Positions 52,252 through 62,226 are shown, counted from the first letter of the stretch. The stretch is 64,000 nucleotides of DNA from Pedobacter sp. (GCA_050253415.1 JBFWJC010000002.1:192001-256000); one strand, 5' to 3'. Translations and numbers: made by a program. Notes: generated by a model not told the origin, from the sequence alone.

Positions 52252-53595
52252 ATGGCAAAAACGATCGACCAGATGGTCCGGGCCGCACAGTCAGCCCTGA
52301 AAACATTCAGCACTTTCAACCAGGAACAGGTGGATAAAATCACCGAGGCCATGTGTCAGGCCGGGGTGGCGGCCTCTACCATATTGGCCGAAATGGCTGT
52401 AGCGGAAACCGGGCTGGGCAAAGTGGAGGACAAAATCGTCAAGAACCACTTCGGCAGCCAGGTCGTCTACGACAACATGAAGGGCAAGAAATCCGTCGGC
52501 ATCCTGCAGGACGAGGGCGGCATCGTGGAAATCGCCGAGCCATTCGGCATCATTGCGGGCGTCACCCCGACCACCAACCCGACCGCCACCACCATGTTCA
52601 AATGCCTCTCCGCCATCAAAGGGCGCAATGTCATCATCCTCGCGTTTCACCCGCGGGCCCAGCAATGCAGCGCCGAAGCCGCCCGTGCCTTGCTGGAGGC
52701 GGCGGTGGACGCTGGCGCGCCGGCCGACTGCATCCAGTGGATCGAGGAACCGTCCGTCGAGGCGACCAACGCCCTGATGACCCATCCGGACATCAGCATG
52801 GTCATCGCCACCGGCGGCGGCGCCATGGTCAAGGCCGCCTACAGTTCCGGGCATCCGGCCCTCGGTGTCGGACCCGGCAACGTGCCGGTATATATCGAAA
52901 AAACCGCCAATCTGAACATGGCGGTCGGCGACATCATCGCTTCCAAGACCTTCGACTACGGCACCTTGTGTCTCACGGAACAGTCGGTGATTTTCGACGA
53001 TGCGGCAGTCGCCGCCCGGGCCCTGGCTTTGTTCGTGGAGAAGGGCGCCTATTTATGCTCCGTGGAGGAAAAAGCCCTGCTGGAAGAGATCATGTTCGAT
53101 AAGGCACGGGGCGTGGTCGCCGCCGCCGTGGTCGGCCAGTCGCCGCAGAAGATCGCCCAATTGGCCGGTTTCAGCGTGCCCGACGCAGTGAACCTGCTGT
53201 TGGTGCCGTTGACCGCCATCGGTTCGGAGGACTGGATGAGTCACGAAAAGCTATCCCCGGTGCTCGGCTGGTATATCGCGGATGGCAAGGACGACGCCAT
53301 CGACGCCGCAGTCCGGCAGCTCGAATTCGGCGGCGCCGGGCATACGGCGGTGGTCTTTTCCAACAACGAAGAGGTCCTCAGCGAATATGCCGTCAAGGTG
53401 CCGGCCGGCCGGGTGATCTTCAATCAGCCCTCCATGCACGGCGTGGTCGGCCTGTACAGCGCCATGACCCCGTCCTTTACCCTCGGTTGCGGAGCCCGTG
53501 GCGGCAACATCACCGCCGAGAACATTACCTTCAAGCACCTGCTGAATATCAAGCGGGCCGCCAGGCGTCTGGAACCGGAGCCAGCAGACCTGTAG
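52252..53595 (+). CDS. CoA-acylating aldehyde dehydrogenase (AdhE N-domain type)
   Basis: PTTNPT, ATGGGAMV, GVGPGN, SKTFDYGTLC, EKLSP, LGCG..GGN. Confidence 0.93.
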   Translation: MAKTIDQMVRAAQSALKTFSTFNQEQVDKITEAMCQAGVAASTILAEMAVAETGLGKVEDKIVKNHFGSQVVYDNMKGKKSVGILQDEGGIVEIAEPFGIIAGVTPTTNPTATTMFKCLSAIKGRNVIILAFHPRAQQCSAEAARALLEAAVDAGAPADCIQWIEEPSVEATNALMTHPDISMVIATGGGAMVKAAYSSGHPALGVGPGNVPVYIEKTANLNMAVGDIIASKTFDYGTLCLTEQSVIFDDAAVAARALALFVEKGAYLCSVEEKALLEEIMFDKARGVVAAAVVGQSPQKIAQLAGFSVPDAVNLLLVPLTAIGSEDWMSHEKLSPVLGWYIADGKDDAIDAAVRQLEFGGAGHTAVVFSNNEEVLSEYAVKVPAGRVIFNQPSMHGVVGLYSAMTPSFTLGCGARGGNITAENITFKHLLNIKRAARRLEPEPADL

Positions 53596-53619
53596 AACCT
53601 ACGGCAATCGCTATCTGCA

Positions 53620-53657
53620 AGCCCCCGGTTCATCAGGCATGAACCGGGGGTTTTTGC
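53620..53657 (+). terminator. Intrinsic terminator between ALDH and CoA-transferase
   Basis: CCCCCGGTTCAT/ATGAACCGGGGG plus TTTTT. Confidence 0.8.
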
Positions 53658-53691
53658 ATGAACGTTTCCGACCACAGAAGGAGGAGTCAAT

Positions 53692-55029
53692 ATGTCCCTT
53701 GCTAAACAATACCGTAGCAAACTGACCTCGGCCTCAGAGGCGGTCAAGGTCGTCAAATCCGGCGACTGGGTCGATTACGGCTGGTGCCTCGGCCATCCGG
53801 TGGTTACCGACCGGGCGTTGGCCGCTCGCGCCGCGGAACTTGCTGATGTCAAGGTTCGCGGCGGCGTGACCATGTGGATGCCGGAGATCTGCGCCATCCC
53901 GGATCCGGCCAAGCATTTCACCTGGAATTCCTGGCACTGCTCCGGTGTCGATCGCAAGATCATCGCAGCCGGTTGTGGCTACTATGGGCCCATGCGTTAT
54001 TCCGAGTTGCCCCGTTTTTATCGGGACAGCGTTGATCCCGTCGATGTCGCCATGTTCCAGGTCGCTCCCATGGACGACCACGGCTATTTCAATTTCGGCC
54101 CCCAGGCCTCTCATCTGATGGCGGTTTGCGAGCGCGCCAAGGTCATCATCGTGGAGGTCAACCGCAACATGCCCCGTTGCCTGGGCGGCAACGAAGAGGC
54201 CATCCATATCTCCCGGGTGACCCATGTCGTCGAGGGGGAAGACAGTCCGCTGGCCCAGTTGCCTTCGGCGCCCCTTACCGACATCGACAACCGGGTCGCG
54301 CAACGGATCGTCGAAGAGATCCCTGACGGGGCCTGCCTGCAACTCGGTATCGGCGGGATGCCCAATGCCGTCGGCATGCTCATCGCCGAATCCGACCTCA
54401 AAGACCTGGGGGTGCATACGGAGATGTATGTCGATGCTTTCGTCGATATGTCCCTGCGAGGCAAAATCAACGGTTCGCGCAAGACCATCGATCGGTTCCG
54501 CCAGGTATTCGCCTTCGCCGCCGGTACCCCGAAGCTGTACGAGTTTTTGCATAACAACCCGCAGATCATGAGTGCCCCCGTCGATTACTGCAACGATGTG
54601 CGCAACGTCGCCATGATCGACAACTTCGTTTCAATCAACAATGCCGTGGAGGTCGACCTGTTCGGCCAGGTTTCCTCCGAATCGGCCGGGGTCCGTCAGA
54701 TCAGCGGCACCGGCGGCCAGCTCGACTTCGTTATGGGAGCCTATCTGTCCAAAGGAGGCAAAAGCTTCATCTGCCTGTCTTCGATCTATGGCAAGGGCGA
54801 CCAGGTCAAATCGCGGATTGTGCCGACGCTGGCCCCCGGCAGCATCGTGACCGACAGCCGCTCCTGCGTACAGTGGGTGGTAACGGAACACGGCAAGGTC
54901 AACCTGAAAGGCATGAATACCTGGCAGCGGGCGGAGGCTCTCATCTCCATTGCCCATCCCGATTTTCAGGAGGAGCTTATGGCCGCAGCGGACGACATGG
55001 GGATCTGGCGCCGCAAAAACTGCCGCTGA
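53692..55029 (+). CDS. but: Butyryl-CoA:acetate CoA-transferase
   Basis: '[10 protein letters not shown]', 'FTWNSWH', 'RYSELPR', [23 protein letters not shown]. Confidence 0.85.
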   Translation: MSLAKQYRSKLTSASEAVKVVKSGDWVDYGWCLGHPVVTDRALAARAAELADVKVRGGVTMWMPEICAIPDPAKHFTWNSWHCSGVDRKIIAAGCGYYGPMRYSELPRFYRDSVDPVDVAMFQVAPMDDHGYFNFGPQASHLMAVCERAKVIIVEVNRNMPRCLGGNEEAIHISRVTHVVEGEDSPLAQLPSAPLTDIDNRVAQRIVEEIPDGACLQLGIGGMPNAVGMLIAESDLKDLGVHTEMYVDAFVDMSLRGKINGSRKTIDRFRQVFAFAAGTPKLYEFLHNNPQIMSAPVDYCNDVRNVAMIDNFVSINNAVEVDLFGQVSSESAGVRQISGTGGQLDFVMGAYLSKGGKSFICLSSIYGKGDQVKSRIVPTLAPGSIVTDSRSCVQWVVTEHGKVNLKGMNTWQRAEALISIAHPDFQEELMAAADDMGIWRRKNCR

Positions 55030-55143
55030 CCGGTGCAATATTTGTTGCAGGAGACAGGTATGTTGCATCCCCTTGAAACAATGAAAACAGAAGATGCAAA
55101 TGAAAGTCATTGAAATAATGGTGATTTTTTGAATAACTCAGGG

Positions 55144-55159
55144 TGGTATGGTCGCTGCA
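55144..55159 (+). promoter_or_regulatory. sigma54 promoter of pta
   Basis: TGGTAT-GGTCG-CTGCA (GG-N10-GC) with the shared upstream motifs. Confidence 0.72.
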
Positions 55160-55387
55160 ATCTGTATTTACCGTGACGCTGCCATCCAGGCATCCAGCGG
55201 CTTCGGCTGCGTGTAGCCATGTATGACAGGTAGTGCTGATGTTGCCGGGTAGAGGCGGCGCTCCCCCTTATCCTCCCAGATGATGAAATACATAGGGGAG
55301 GCGTCGCCTCTTAAATCAGGTTTGTTCGCAACACCAGCAGAGCGTGAAGTTACCGTTACCGATTAAAGAATCCATCGAGGGGAAGAC

Positions 55388-56389
55388 ATGGACCTGATTG
55401 CGAAGATCAAGCAAAATGCCCGCCGCCAGCCGCAAACCATCGTGTTGCCGGAAAGTTACGATGATCGCATGCTGCTGGCCGCCGATCAAATAACCTCCGA
55501 GGGGCTGGCCCGCATTGTGCTGCTCGGTGACCCGGAGTCCCTCAGGGACAGGGCGGTGGCGATCGGCGCCGACCTGGGCGGGGTTACCTTGCTGGCGCCC
55601 GCCGCCAGTCCCAGGCTGCAGGACTATGTCGATGAACTGGTGGCCCTGCGTAAGCACAAGGGACTTACCGCTGACGAGGCATGCAAACATCTGCTGGCGT
55701 TGGACCAGTTGTATTTTGCGGCCATGATGGTGCGCAAAGGGGATGCCGACGGCGCTGTGGCCGGGGCTTTCAACAGTACCGGCGATGTGCTGCGGGCGGC
55801 GCTGCAGGTGGTGGGGACCGCTGACGGCATCCGTACCGTATCCTCGGTTATGCTGATGGTGACCCCCAATCAGACGTTGGGAGAAAACGGCACCCTGCTG
55901 TTCGCCGACTGCGTGGTCAATCCCAGACCCGATGCGCAGGCCCTGGCCGAAATCGCCGTGACCACCGCCAGAAGCTGCCGAAGTCTGCTCGGGGTGGAGG
56001 CGCGGGTGGCGCTGCTGTCTTTTTCCACTATGGGTAGTGCCAGCCACGAGGAGGTGGACAGGGTGCGTCAGGCCCTGGACATCGCTCGTCGCCTTGCACC
56101 GGATGTGCTTATCGACGGGGAAATGCAGTTGGATGCCGCTATCGTGCCTCATGTCGCCGGCCAGAAAGCGCCGGATTCGCCGGTCGCCGGGCGTGCCAAT
56201 ACCCTGATCTTTCCCGATCTCAATGCCGGAAATATCGGTTACAAACTGACCGAGCGAATCGCCGGGGCAAAGGTTGCCGGTTTGATGGTGCAGGGGCTGG
56301 CCAAGCCGGTCAACGACATGTCCCGCGGCTGTTCGGTGGAGGATATCGTCAGTACCGTGGCCATGACCGCCGTGCAGGCCCAGGGATGA
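55388..56389 (+). CDS. pta: Phosphate acetyltransferase
   Basis: LSFSTMGS, DGEMQLDAA, FPDLNAGNIGYK, PVNDMSRG. Confidence 0.93.
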   Translation: MDLIAKIKQNARRQPQTIVLPESYDDRMLLAADQITSEGLARIVLLGDPESLRDRAVAIGADLGGVTLLAPAASPRLQDYVDELVALRKHKGLTADEACKHLLALDQLYFAAMMVRKGDADGAVAGAFNSTGDVLRAALQVVGTADGIRTVSSVMLMVTPNQTLGENGTLLFADCVVNPRPDAQALAEIAVTTARSCRSLLGVEARVALLSFSTMGSASHEEVDRVRQALDIARRLAPDVLIDGEMQLDAAIVPHVAGQKAPDSPVAGRANTLIFPDLNAGNIGYKLTERIAGAKVAGLMVQGLAKPVNDMSRGCSVEDIVSTVAMTAVQAQG

Positions 56390-56538
56390 ACGCTGCATGA
56401 GCCTTTGATCAGCACTTTTCTGGTAAAAAGAGGCAATGGCAGGTAAAATGCTTTTGTCCCCGGGCAATAATCCCGCATACATGAAGCAGGTGGGCAGCTG
56501 ACCCTGCCCATCATTCCCATCTGAAAGACGAGGAAAAC

Positions 56539-57963
56539 ATGGCGCCTGTCTGTGACAACCTGCCCGTTCTGCTGGTCGATGATGAGCCCAATATACTTTT
56601 CAGCTCCCGCACCATTCTGCGTAGTGCCGGTATCCGCGAGGTAGAAACCTGCGATGACAGCCGCATGGTTATGTCGTTGCTGGCCAAGCGCAACTTCGGG
56701 GTCGTCGTCCTTGACCTGTTCATGCCCCATGTCTCCGGCCAGGAACTGCTGGTCGATATCTGTCGTAAATACCCGCATATCCCGGTACTCATCATGACCG
56801 CCAGCGACGAGCTGGACCTGGCGGTGCAGTGCATGAAGACGGGGGCTCACGATTACCTGGTGAAACCGGTAGATAAAACCCGCTTTGTGACCAGTGTGCA
56901 ACGCACCCTGGAATTGTGCAACCTGCGCAACGAGGTTCACCTGCTCAAGGAACAACTCCTTTCGGATCAGCTCGAACATCCGGAAGTATTCGCGCCCATC
57001 ATCACCTGCAGCAAGAAGATGACCGGCATTTTCCGGTATATGGAGGTCATCGCCTGTTCCCGCCAGCCGATTCTCATTACCGGCGAAACCGGCGTCGGCA
57101 AGGAGCTGTTTGCCACCGCCATTCATCAACTCAGCGGCCTGTCCGGCAAGCTGGTGTGCGTCAATGTCGCAGGGCTGGATGATAACCTGTTTTCCGATAC
57201 CCTGTTCGGCCACGAGCGCGGCGCCTTTACCGGTGCCGACAGGCCGCGGGCCGGCCTGATCTCCCAGGCGGCCGGAGGCACCCTGTTCCTTGACGAAATC
57301 GGCGATCTCAAGGAAGCTTCCCAGGTCAAACTACTGCGTCTTTTGCAGGAGGGTGAGTATTATCCCATCGGCTCCGATGTCCCCCGCAAGAGCGATGCCC
57401 GGGTGGTGGTCGCCACCAACAAGAACCTGCAGCAGATGATGGTCAAAGAGCAGTTTCGCAGCGACCTGTATTATCGGCTCTGCGCGCACCATGTCCATAT
57501 TCCGCCCCTTCGCGAGCGGATCGAAGATATACCCTTCCTGCTCGACTATTTTGTCAGCAGGGCGGCCCGGGAATTTCATAAAAAAACACCGACCTCCAAT
57601 CCGGAAATGTCTCGCCTGCTCGGAACCTATGCCTTCCCCGGGAATGTGCGGGAGTTGCAGGCCATGGTTTACGATGCCGTCGCCCGACATCAGACCGGTG
57701 TGCTCTCCATGGACAGCTTCAAAAATATCATCTGTCGCGAGCAGGTCGAACTGTCTCCCCCTCTGAATGCAGAGGGGCCCGATGCGGAGCGACTGCGCAG
57801 TCTGTTCGGCCGGTTTCCCACCCTCAAAGAGATGACCGGTCTGCTGGTCACCTCTGCCATGGACCTGGCCAAGGGCAACCAGGGCGTCGCCAGCACGTTG
57901 CTGGGTATTTCCCGACAGGCCCTCAATCAGCGCCTCAAACGGCAGGAGCAGGCCGACGATTGA
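56539..57963 (+). CDS. NtrC-type sigma54-dependent response regulator
   Basis: REC (VDDE, LDLFMP, KP), GETGVGKE, GAFTGA, HTH. Confidence 0.95.
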   Translation: MAPVCDNLPVLLVDDEPNILFSSRTILRSAGIREVETCDDSRMVMSLLAKRNFGVVVLDLFMPHVSGQELLVDICRKYPHIPVLIMTASDELDLAVQCMKTGAHDYLVKPVDKTRFVTSVQRTLELCNLRNEVHLLKEQLLSDQLEHPEVFAPIITCSKKMTGIFRYMEVIACSRQPILITGETGVGKELFATAIHQLSGLSGKLVCVNVAGLDDNLFSDTLFGHERGAFTGADRPRAGLISQAAGGTLFLDEIGDLKEASQVKLLRLLQEGEYYPIGSDVPRKSDARVVVATNKNLQQMMVKEQFRSDLYYRLCAHHVHIPPLRERIEDIPFLLDYFVSRAAREFHKKTPTSNPEMSRLLGTYAFPGNVRELQAMVYDAVARHQTGVLSMDSFKNIICREQVELSPPLNAEGPDAERLRSLFGRFPTLKEMTGLLVTSAMDLAKGNQGVASTLLGISRQALNQRLKRQEQADD

Positions 57964-58026
57964 TATCCGTCATCATGGGTTAATCCTGAGCATACTGCCT
58001 CACGAAAATCTTAAAAACAAAGCATT

Positions 58027-58336
58027 CACCACGAAGATCACGAAGGACACGAAGAAGTTCCGATAACGACAGAGCCATTAGGAACAGGGATATTCAGGAT
58101 AGACAGGATGAAAACCAGAGGCCTTGGGTTTAGGGCTTTATCCTGATCATCCTGCATATCCCTGTAAAATCAAGATTGCCCCGGACAACGATCATCACAA
58201 ATAGGACCACAGAGGACACGAAGAAGTTCAAGTATTCTCAAAGCCCTCAACAAACAGGGATAATCAGGATGTACAGGATAAATTCTTAGAGTCCATTCCT
58301 TTGGTTTTAATCCTGCGGATCCTGTATATCCCTGTT
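58027..58336. repeat. Two tandem copies of a palindromic element with 9-nt-periodic CAGGAT/ATCCTG arms
   Basis: Palindromes 58084-58165 and 58253-58336, each preceded by GGACACGAAGAAGTTC. Confidence 0.85.
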
Positions 58337-58716
58337 AAATGCAGTTTTGGTTGCCAACTCTCCTCATGTTTCTCTTTTTTGTTTATCTGAGTACATCCAT
58401 CTTTACCACCCTTCGTCGTAGGACTTTTTTGCAATTTTTTTTCCGGATAAGGCCGTCATTCCGTGGATTGGATGATTCCTCTCCGGATTAGGCCGACGCC
58501 TCAACCTATCTTGCTCATTCATCAACTTTTCTTGCATCTCCGCTTTGCCCCTTGTACATGTCTCGCTTGACTCCCGGTTACCCGCATAACCGACTCTCCA
58601 TGTAGGGATCTCCCCTGTGCCCATGCAGGAGATGTTGCACCCCCGACGTTGTTCCCGTCATCCATTTATATCTACAAGTATCTGAAAATACATATTGTTT
58701 TCGCGTTTACGGGTTT

Positions 58717-58732
58717 TGGTACATTCTCTGCT
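58717..58732 (+). promoter_or_regulatory. sigma54 promoter of alcohol dehydrogenase
   Basis: TGGTAC-ATTCT-CTGCT. Confidence 0.75.
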
Positions 58733-58857
58733 CTTGTTTCAGGCGTACCACAAATGATTACCAGGAGGAGGACGCATCTGCGGTCCGCTGTTATGTGGCA
58801 TGTCGGAACGATCTGCATGCTTTTTTAAACCCGAAAACAAGAGAAGGAGAATGCATC

Positions 58858-60027
58858 ATGGGAGCAATGGCAGAACAGGTATATGGCTTTTTCATGCCCA
58901 CCACTTCGCTGCTCGGTAACGGCGCAGTCAAGGAAATCGGCAATCAGGCCAAGGTTCTCGGCGGCACCAAGGCCCTGATCGTTACCGACATCGGTCTGGT
59001 CAAACTTGGCATGGTCGATCAGGTTAAAGGCTATCTTGAGGCGGCCGGCATCCAGGTTGCGGTGTTTGACGGTGTAGAACCCAATCCTACCGACATCAAT
59101 GTGCGCGATTGTCTGAAAGCCTGGCAGGAAAATAACTGTGATCTGCTCATTACCTTCGGCGGCGGTAGTTCACACGACTGCGGCAAGGGCATGGGTATTA
59201 TGGCTACCAGCGGCGGCGATATTCGCGACTGGGCCGGTATCGATACCCTGGCGAGCGCCCTGCCGCCCTATATCTCCATCAACACCACCGCCGGTACCGC
59301 CAGCGAAATGACCCGTTTTGCGGTCGTCACCAATACCGATACCCACGTCAAAATGATCTATGCCGACGCGCGGCTGACCGCCGACGTGGCCATCAACGAC
59401 CCTTCCCTGATGGTCGGTTTGCCCCCCTCACTGACCGCCGCTACCGGCATGGACGCCCTGACCCATGCTGTTGAAGCCTACGTCACCACCCTGATGTCCA
59501 ACCCCATCACCGATGCTTGTGCTATCCAGGCCATTACCCTTATCGGTAAATGGCTGCGCAAGGCGGTGGCAAACGGCACAGACATGGAAGCCCGCGACGC
59601 CATGGCCTACGCCGAATATCTCGCCGGCATGGCTTTCAACAGCGCCGGCCTCGGCATCGTTCATTCCATGGCCCATCAGCCCGGCAGTCTGCTCGGCAAG
59701 CCTCATGGCGTGTGCAACGCCATCTGCCTGCCGGTGGTGTGTGAATTCAACCTCATGGCCAATGCCGAAAAATACGCCCATGTGGCCCAATTGCTGGGCG
59801 AAGATATCTCCGGACTGAACACCATGGACGCCGCCGAAAAAGCCCTGACCGCTATTCGCCGCCTGTCCAAAGATGTCGGTATCCCCTCGGGTCTGGCTGA
59901 AATCGGCGTGACCGAAAAGGATATTCCCTTCATGGCCGAAAATGCCCTGAAGGATGTCTGTACCCTGTTCAATCCCCGTACCGTCAAGCTGAACGACCTG
60001 ATCGACCTGTACAAAAAGGCTCTGTAA
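58858..60027 (+). CDS. Iron-containing alcohol dehydrogenase (DhaT/Mdh-like)
   Basis: GGGSSHDCGK, NTTAGTASE, DALTHAVE, HSMAH, HGVCNA. Confidence 0.95.
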   Translation: MGAMAEQVYGFFMPTTSLLGNGAVKEIGNQAKVLGGTKALIVTDIGLVKLGMVDQVKGYLEAAGIQVAVFDGVEPNPTDINVRDCLKAWQENNCDLLITFGGGSSHDCGKGMGIMATSGGDIRDWAGIDTLASALPPYISINTTAGTASEMTRFAVVTNTDTHVKMIYADARLTADVAINDPSLMVGLPPSLTAATGMDALTHAVEAYVTTLMSNPITDACAIQAITLIGKWLRKAVANGTDMEARDAMAYAEYLAGMAFNSAGLGIVHSMAHQPGSLLGKPHGVCNAICLPVVCEFNLMANAEKYAHVAQLLGEDISGLNTMDAAEKALTAIRRLSKDVGIPSGLAEIGVTEKDIPFMAENALKDVCTLFNPRTVKLNDLIDLYKKAL

Positions 60028-60129
60028 TATCCGGCGGGGCGTCGTATGCAGACGGCGCCCCGCTTCGCTTTCACCCGGTTTTTAATGCACGTATTTTGGT
60101 CCCGCCAGGGGCACTGTGGAGGCAGGAAT

Positions 60130-60996
60130 ATGAAAAGGTCCCTTCTCGTCAGCATTCTTTTGTGCACCATTTTCTGGCCCGACCTGGCCAAGGCTACGGA
60201 TCCCAGAGATTACATCCCGCTGGCAGCCGGTTCCATGCTGTTCTGCACCTATTTGCAACACACCACCGGCCACCGGATGAAGGTCGATGACGAGGTCGTT
60301 TCCAGCGACTTCAACCTCAGCCAGAACCTCGTCATCTTCCGACCGGTGTATTACACCAACCTCGGCCCCTTCGTGGTTGACCCGCAGGCATTGATTATCG
60401 CCGGCGAAGCCAGTCTCGACGGCGATCTGGTCAGCGACACCTCCAGTTCCGGCATCGCCGATCCGGTGTTGCTCATGACCACCTGGTTCGTCAACAATCC
60501 GGAAAAACAGCTGTGGTTCGGCTGGACACCTTACTTCACTGTTCCCATCGGCGAATACAGCAAAAAACGCCCCCTTAACCTGGGCACCAATCGTTGGGCG
60601 CTTAAAAACGAGTTGGGTCTGGTCAAAGGGTTCGGTCCTTTCTATGTTGACCTGGTCGGACATGTCACGGTGTTTGGCGACAATGATGACTTCTGGAGTG
60701 GTACCGATACGGTGACCAAAAAACAAGATGCGCTCTACGGCGCCGAAGTGCACATGAGCTACGATATCACCAAACGCTGGTGGCTCGGTTTGAGTTACTT
60801 TTACAGCGGTGGCGGTGAAACGGAAATCGACGGCATCGATCAGCAGGACGATCAGGATAACCATGCTCTGATGTTCACCTCGGCCTTTGGTATCGGCGAC
60901 AACTATCAGCTGCTATTGCAATATCGTGATGACTTTTCGGTAAAAAGCGGTATCGAAACAAAATCGATACAGGCCCGGTTCGCTTTCTTCTACTGA
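60130..60996 (+). CDS. Outer-membrane beta-barrel channel (Phenol_MetA_deg/SphA/QbdB-like)
   Basis: Signal peptide; 'SGIADP', 'PIGEY..LNLGTNRW'; terminal aromatic FFY. Confidence 0.8.
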   Translation: MKRSLLVSILLCTIFWPDLAKATDPRDYIPLAAGSMLFCTYLQHTTGHRMKVDDEVVSSDFNLSQNLVIFRPVYYTNLGPFVVDPQALIIAGEASLDGDLVSDTSSSGIADPVLLMTTWFVNNPEKQLWFGWTPYFTVPIGEYSKKRPLNLGTNRWALKNELGLVKGFGPFYVDLVGHVTVFGDNDDFWSGTDTVTKKQDALYGAEVHMSYDITKRWWLGLSYFYSGGGETEIDGIDQQDDQDNHALMFTSAFGIGDNYQLLLQYRDDFSVKSGIETKSIQARFAFFY

Positions 60997-61022
60997 TGGT
61001 TGGCCGATGAAAGGAGAGTTTT

Positions 61023-61187
61023 ATGAAAAAGTTGACGCGTTATCTGGTGCCGGCACTGTTGCTCTCTGCTCTTTTGTGGGCGGCATGCAGCAACCTGCGG
61101 CCTTTGCAAAAGGGTGAATCCGTTACCTGTCCATCCTGCGGCGCTTCTTTCACCATCGAGGAGGGGATGAAGCAAAGCAAGCTTTGA
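61023..61187 (+). CDS. Small lipoprotein with CxxC, 54 aa (not in ORF track)
   Basis: RBS aaggag; MKKLTRYLVPALLLSALLWAA-CSNLRPLQKGESVTCPSCGASFTIEEGMKQSKL*. Confidence 0.75.
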   Translation: MKKLTRYLVPALLLSALLWAACSNLRPLQKGESVTCPSCGASFTIEEGMKQSKL

Positions 61188-61221
61188 ACTCACAACTTTT
61201 AATACGTTGATTTCTGCGAGA

Positions 61222-61253
61222 TTTTCCCCTCTTGGGCGGAGGGGATTTTTTTT
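61222..61253 (+). terminator. Intrinsic terminator
   Basis: TCCCCTC..GAGGGGA plus T-run. Confidence 0.7.
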
Positions 61254-61350
61254 GCCTGCCAGAGGGGGCGGCCATCCTCATATCTTGCCAATCGGTCGGC
61301 ATTCTGGCAGACTCCAGGACAATTGAATCCCGTATTCCCGGAGCCCGTCC

Positions 61351-62226
61351 ATGTCCAAATCAGGCGCGCAGTCTGCCCAAATCGGTGAGTCGGTCCGTTT
61401 CATCCATCAGGGCCGCGAACAGACCGGCATCGTTGCGCGCGTCGATCGACACCAGTTGTTTATCCTGGGGGATGATCGCCGCAGCTACCAGGTCCCCCGC
61501 GACCAGCTGTTGCCCGTATTCCAGGCACCTCCTCGCGTGCCGCCACCGACCGTCGAGCTGCCGACTAGCGGCGCCGGCGCCTTGCAGTTCAATGTTGACG
61601 ACCGGGTTTGTTTCCGCTACCGGGAGCAGACCGTCATCGGTCGCATTGCGCGTCTCAATCCCCGCCGGGCCCTGGTGGTAAGCGACTCCAACGACGAATA
61701 CCGCGTGCCTTATGAACTGCTGACGCGCGAAACCACCGGGGCGGCAGGCCCTGTCGTCGTGGCGGACGATGCTTTGCTGCTGGCTGCCATCAAAGAGCAG
61801 GCGAGTGCGTTGCTCAAACGTCACGGACTCAAGGATTGGCGCTTCGCCTTCGATGATGCCACGCGCCGTGCCGGTAGCTGCCAGTTCACCCGTCGTACCA
61901 TCACCCTGTCCCGGCACCTGGCGCGCAACGCGCCCGAGGCCGAGATCCTCGACACCCTTCTGCATGAAATCGCCCACGCCCTGGTCGGTCCCCGTCACAA
62001 CCACGATGCCGTTTGGCGCGCCAAGGCCGTGGCGCTCGGCAGCAGCGGCGAGCGCTGTCACAATCTGCGTTTCGCGCCGCCGCGTTATATCGTCAGCTGC
62101 CGGAACGGCTGCTGGAGCGCCACCGCCGAGCGCCGCCGGCGCAATGTGGTGTGCCGTACATGCAAGGGGGAGATTGTCTACCAGACCTATACGCGTGAGC
62201 GTTGGGCCGAACAAAATCCGGACTGA
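61351..62226 (+). CDS. SprT-like zinc metalloprotease
   Basis: RRAGSC, LLHEIAHAL, H..VW, C-terminal Cys pairs. Confidence 0.88.
   Translation: MSKSGAQSAQIGESVRFIHQGREQTGIVARVDRHQLFILGDDRRSYQVPRDQLLPVFQAPPRVPPPTVELPTSGAGALQFNVDDRVCFRYREQTVIGRIARLNPRRALVVSDSNDEYRVPYELLTRETTGAAGPVVVADDALLLAAIKEQASALLKRHGLKDWRFAFDDATRRAGSCQFTRRTITLSRHLARNAPEAEILDTLLHEIAHALVGPRHNHDAVWRAKAVALGSSGERCHNLRFAPPRYIVSCRNGCWSATAERRRRNVVCRTCKGEIVYQTYTRERWAEQNPD

Noticed and set aside
56437..56452. Fifth sigma54 box (TGGCAG-GTAAA-ATGCT) before the response regulator
   Set aside because: GG-N10-GC spacing is right, but the match is weaker and the shared upstream motifs are absent.
58027..58336. CRISPR array
   Set aside because: Repeats are degenerate palindromic nonamers without constant repeat/unique spacer structure; no cas genes.
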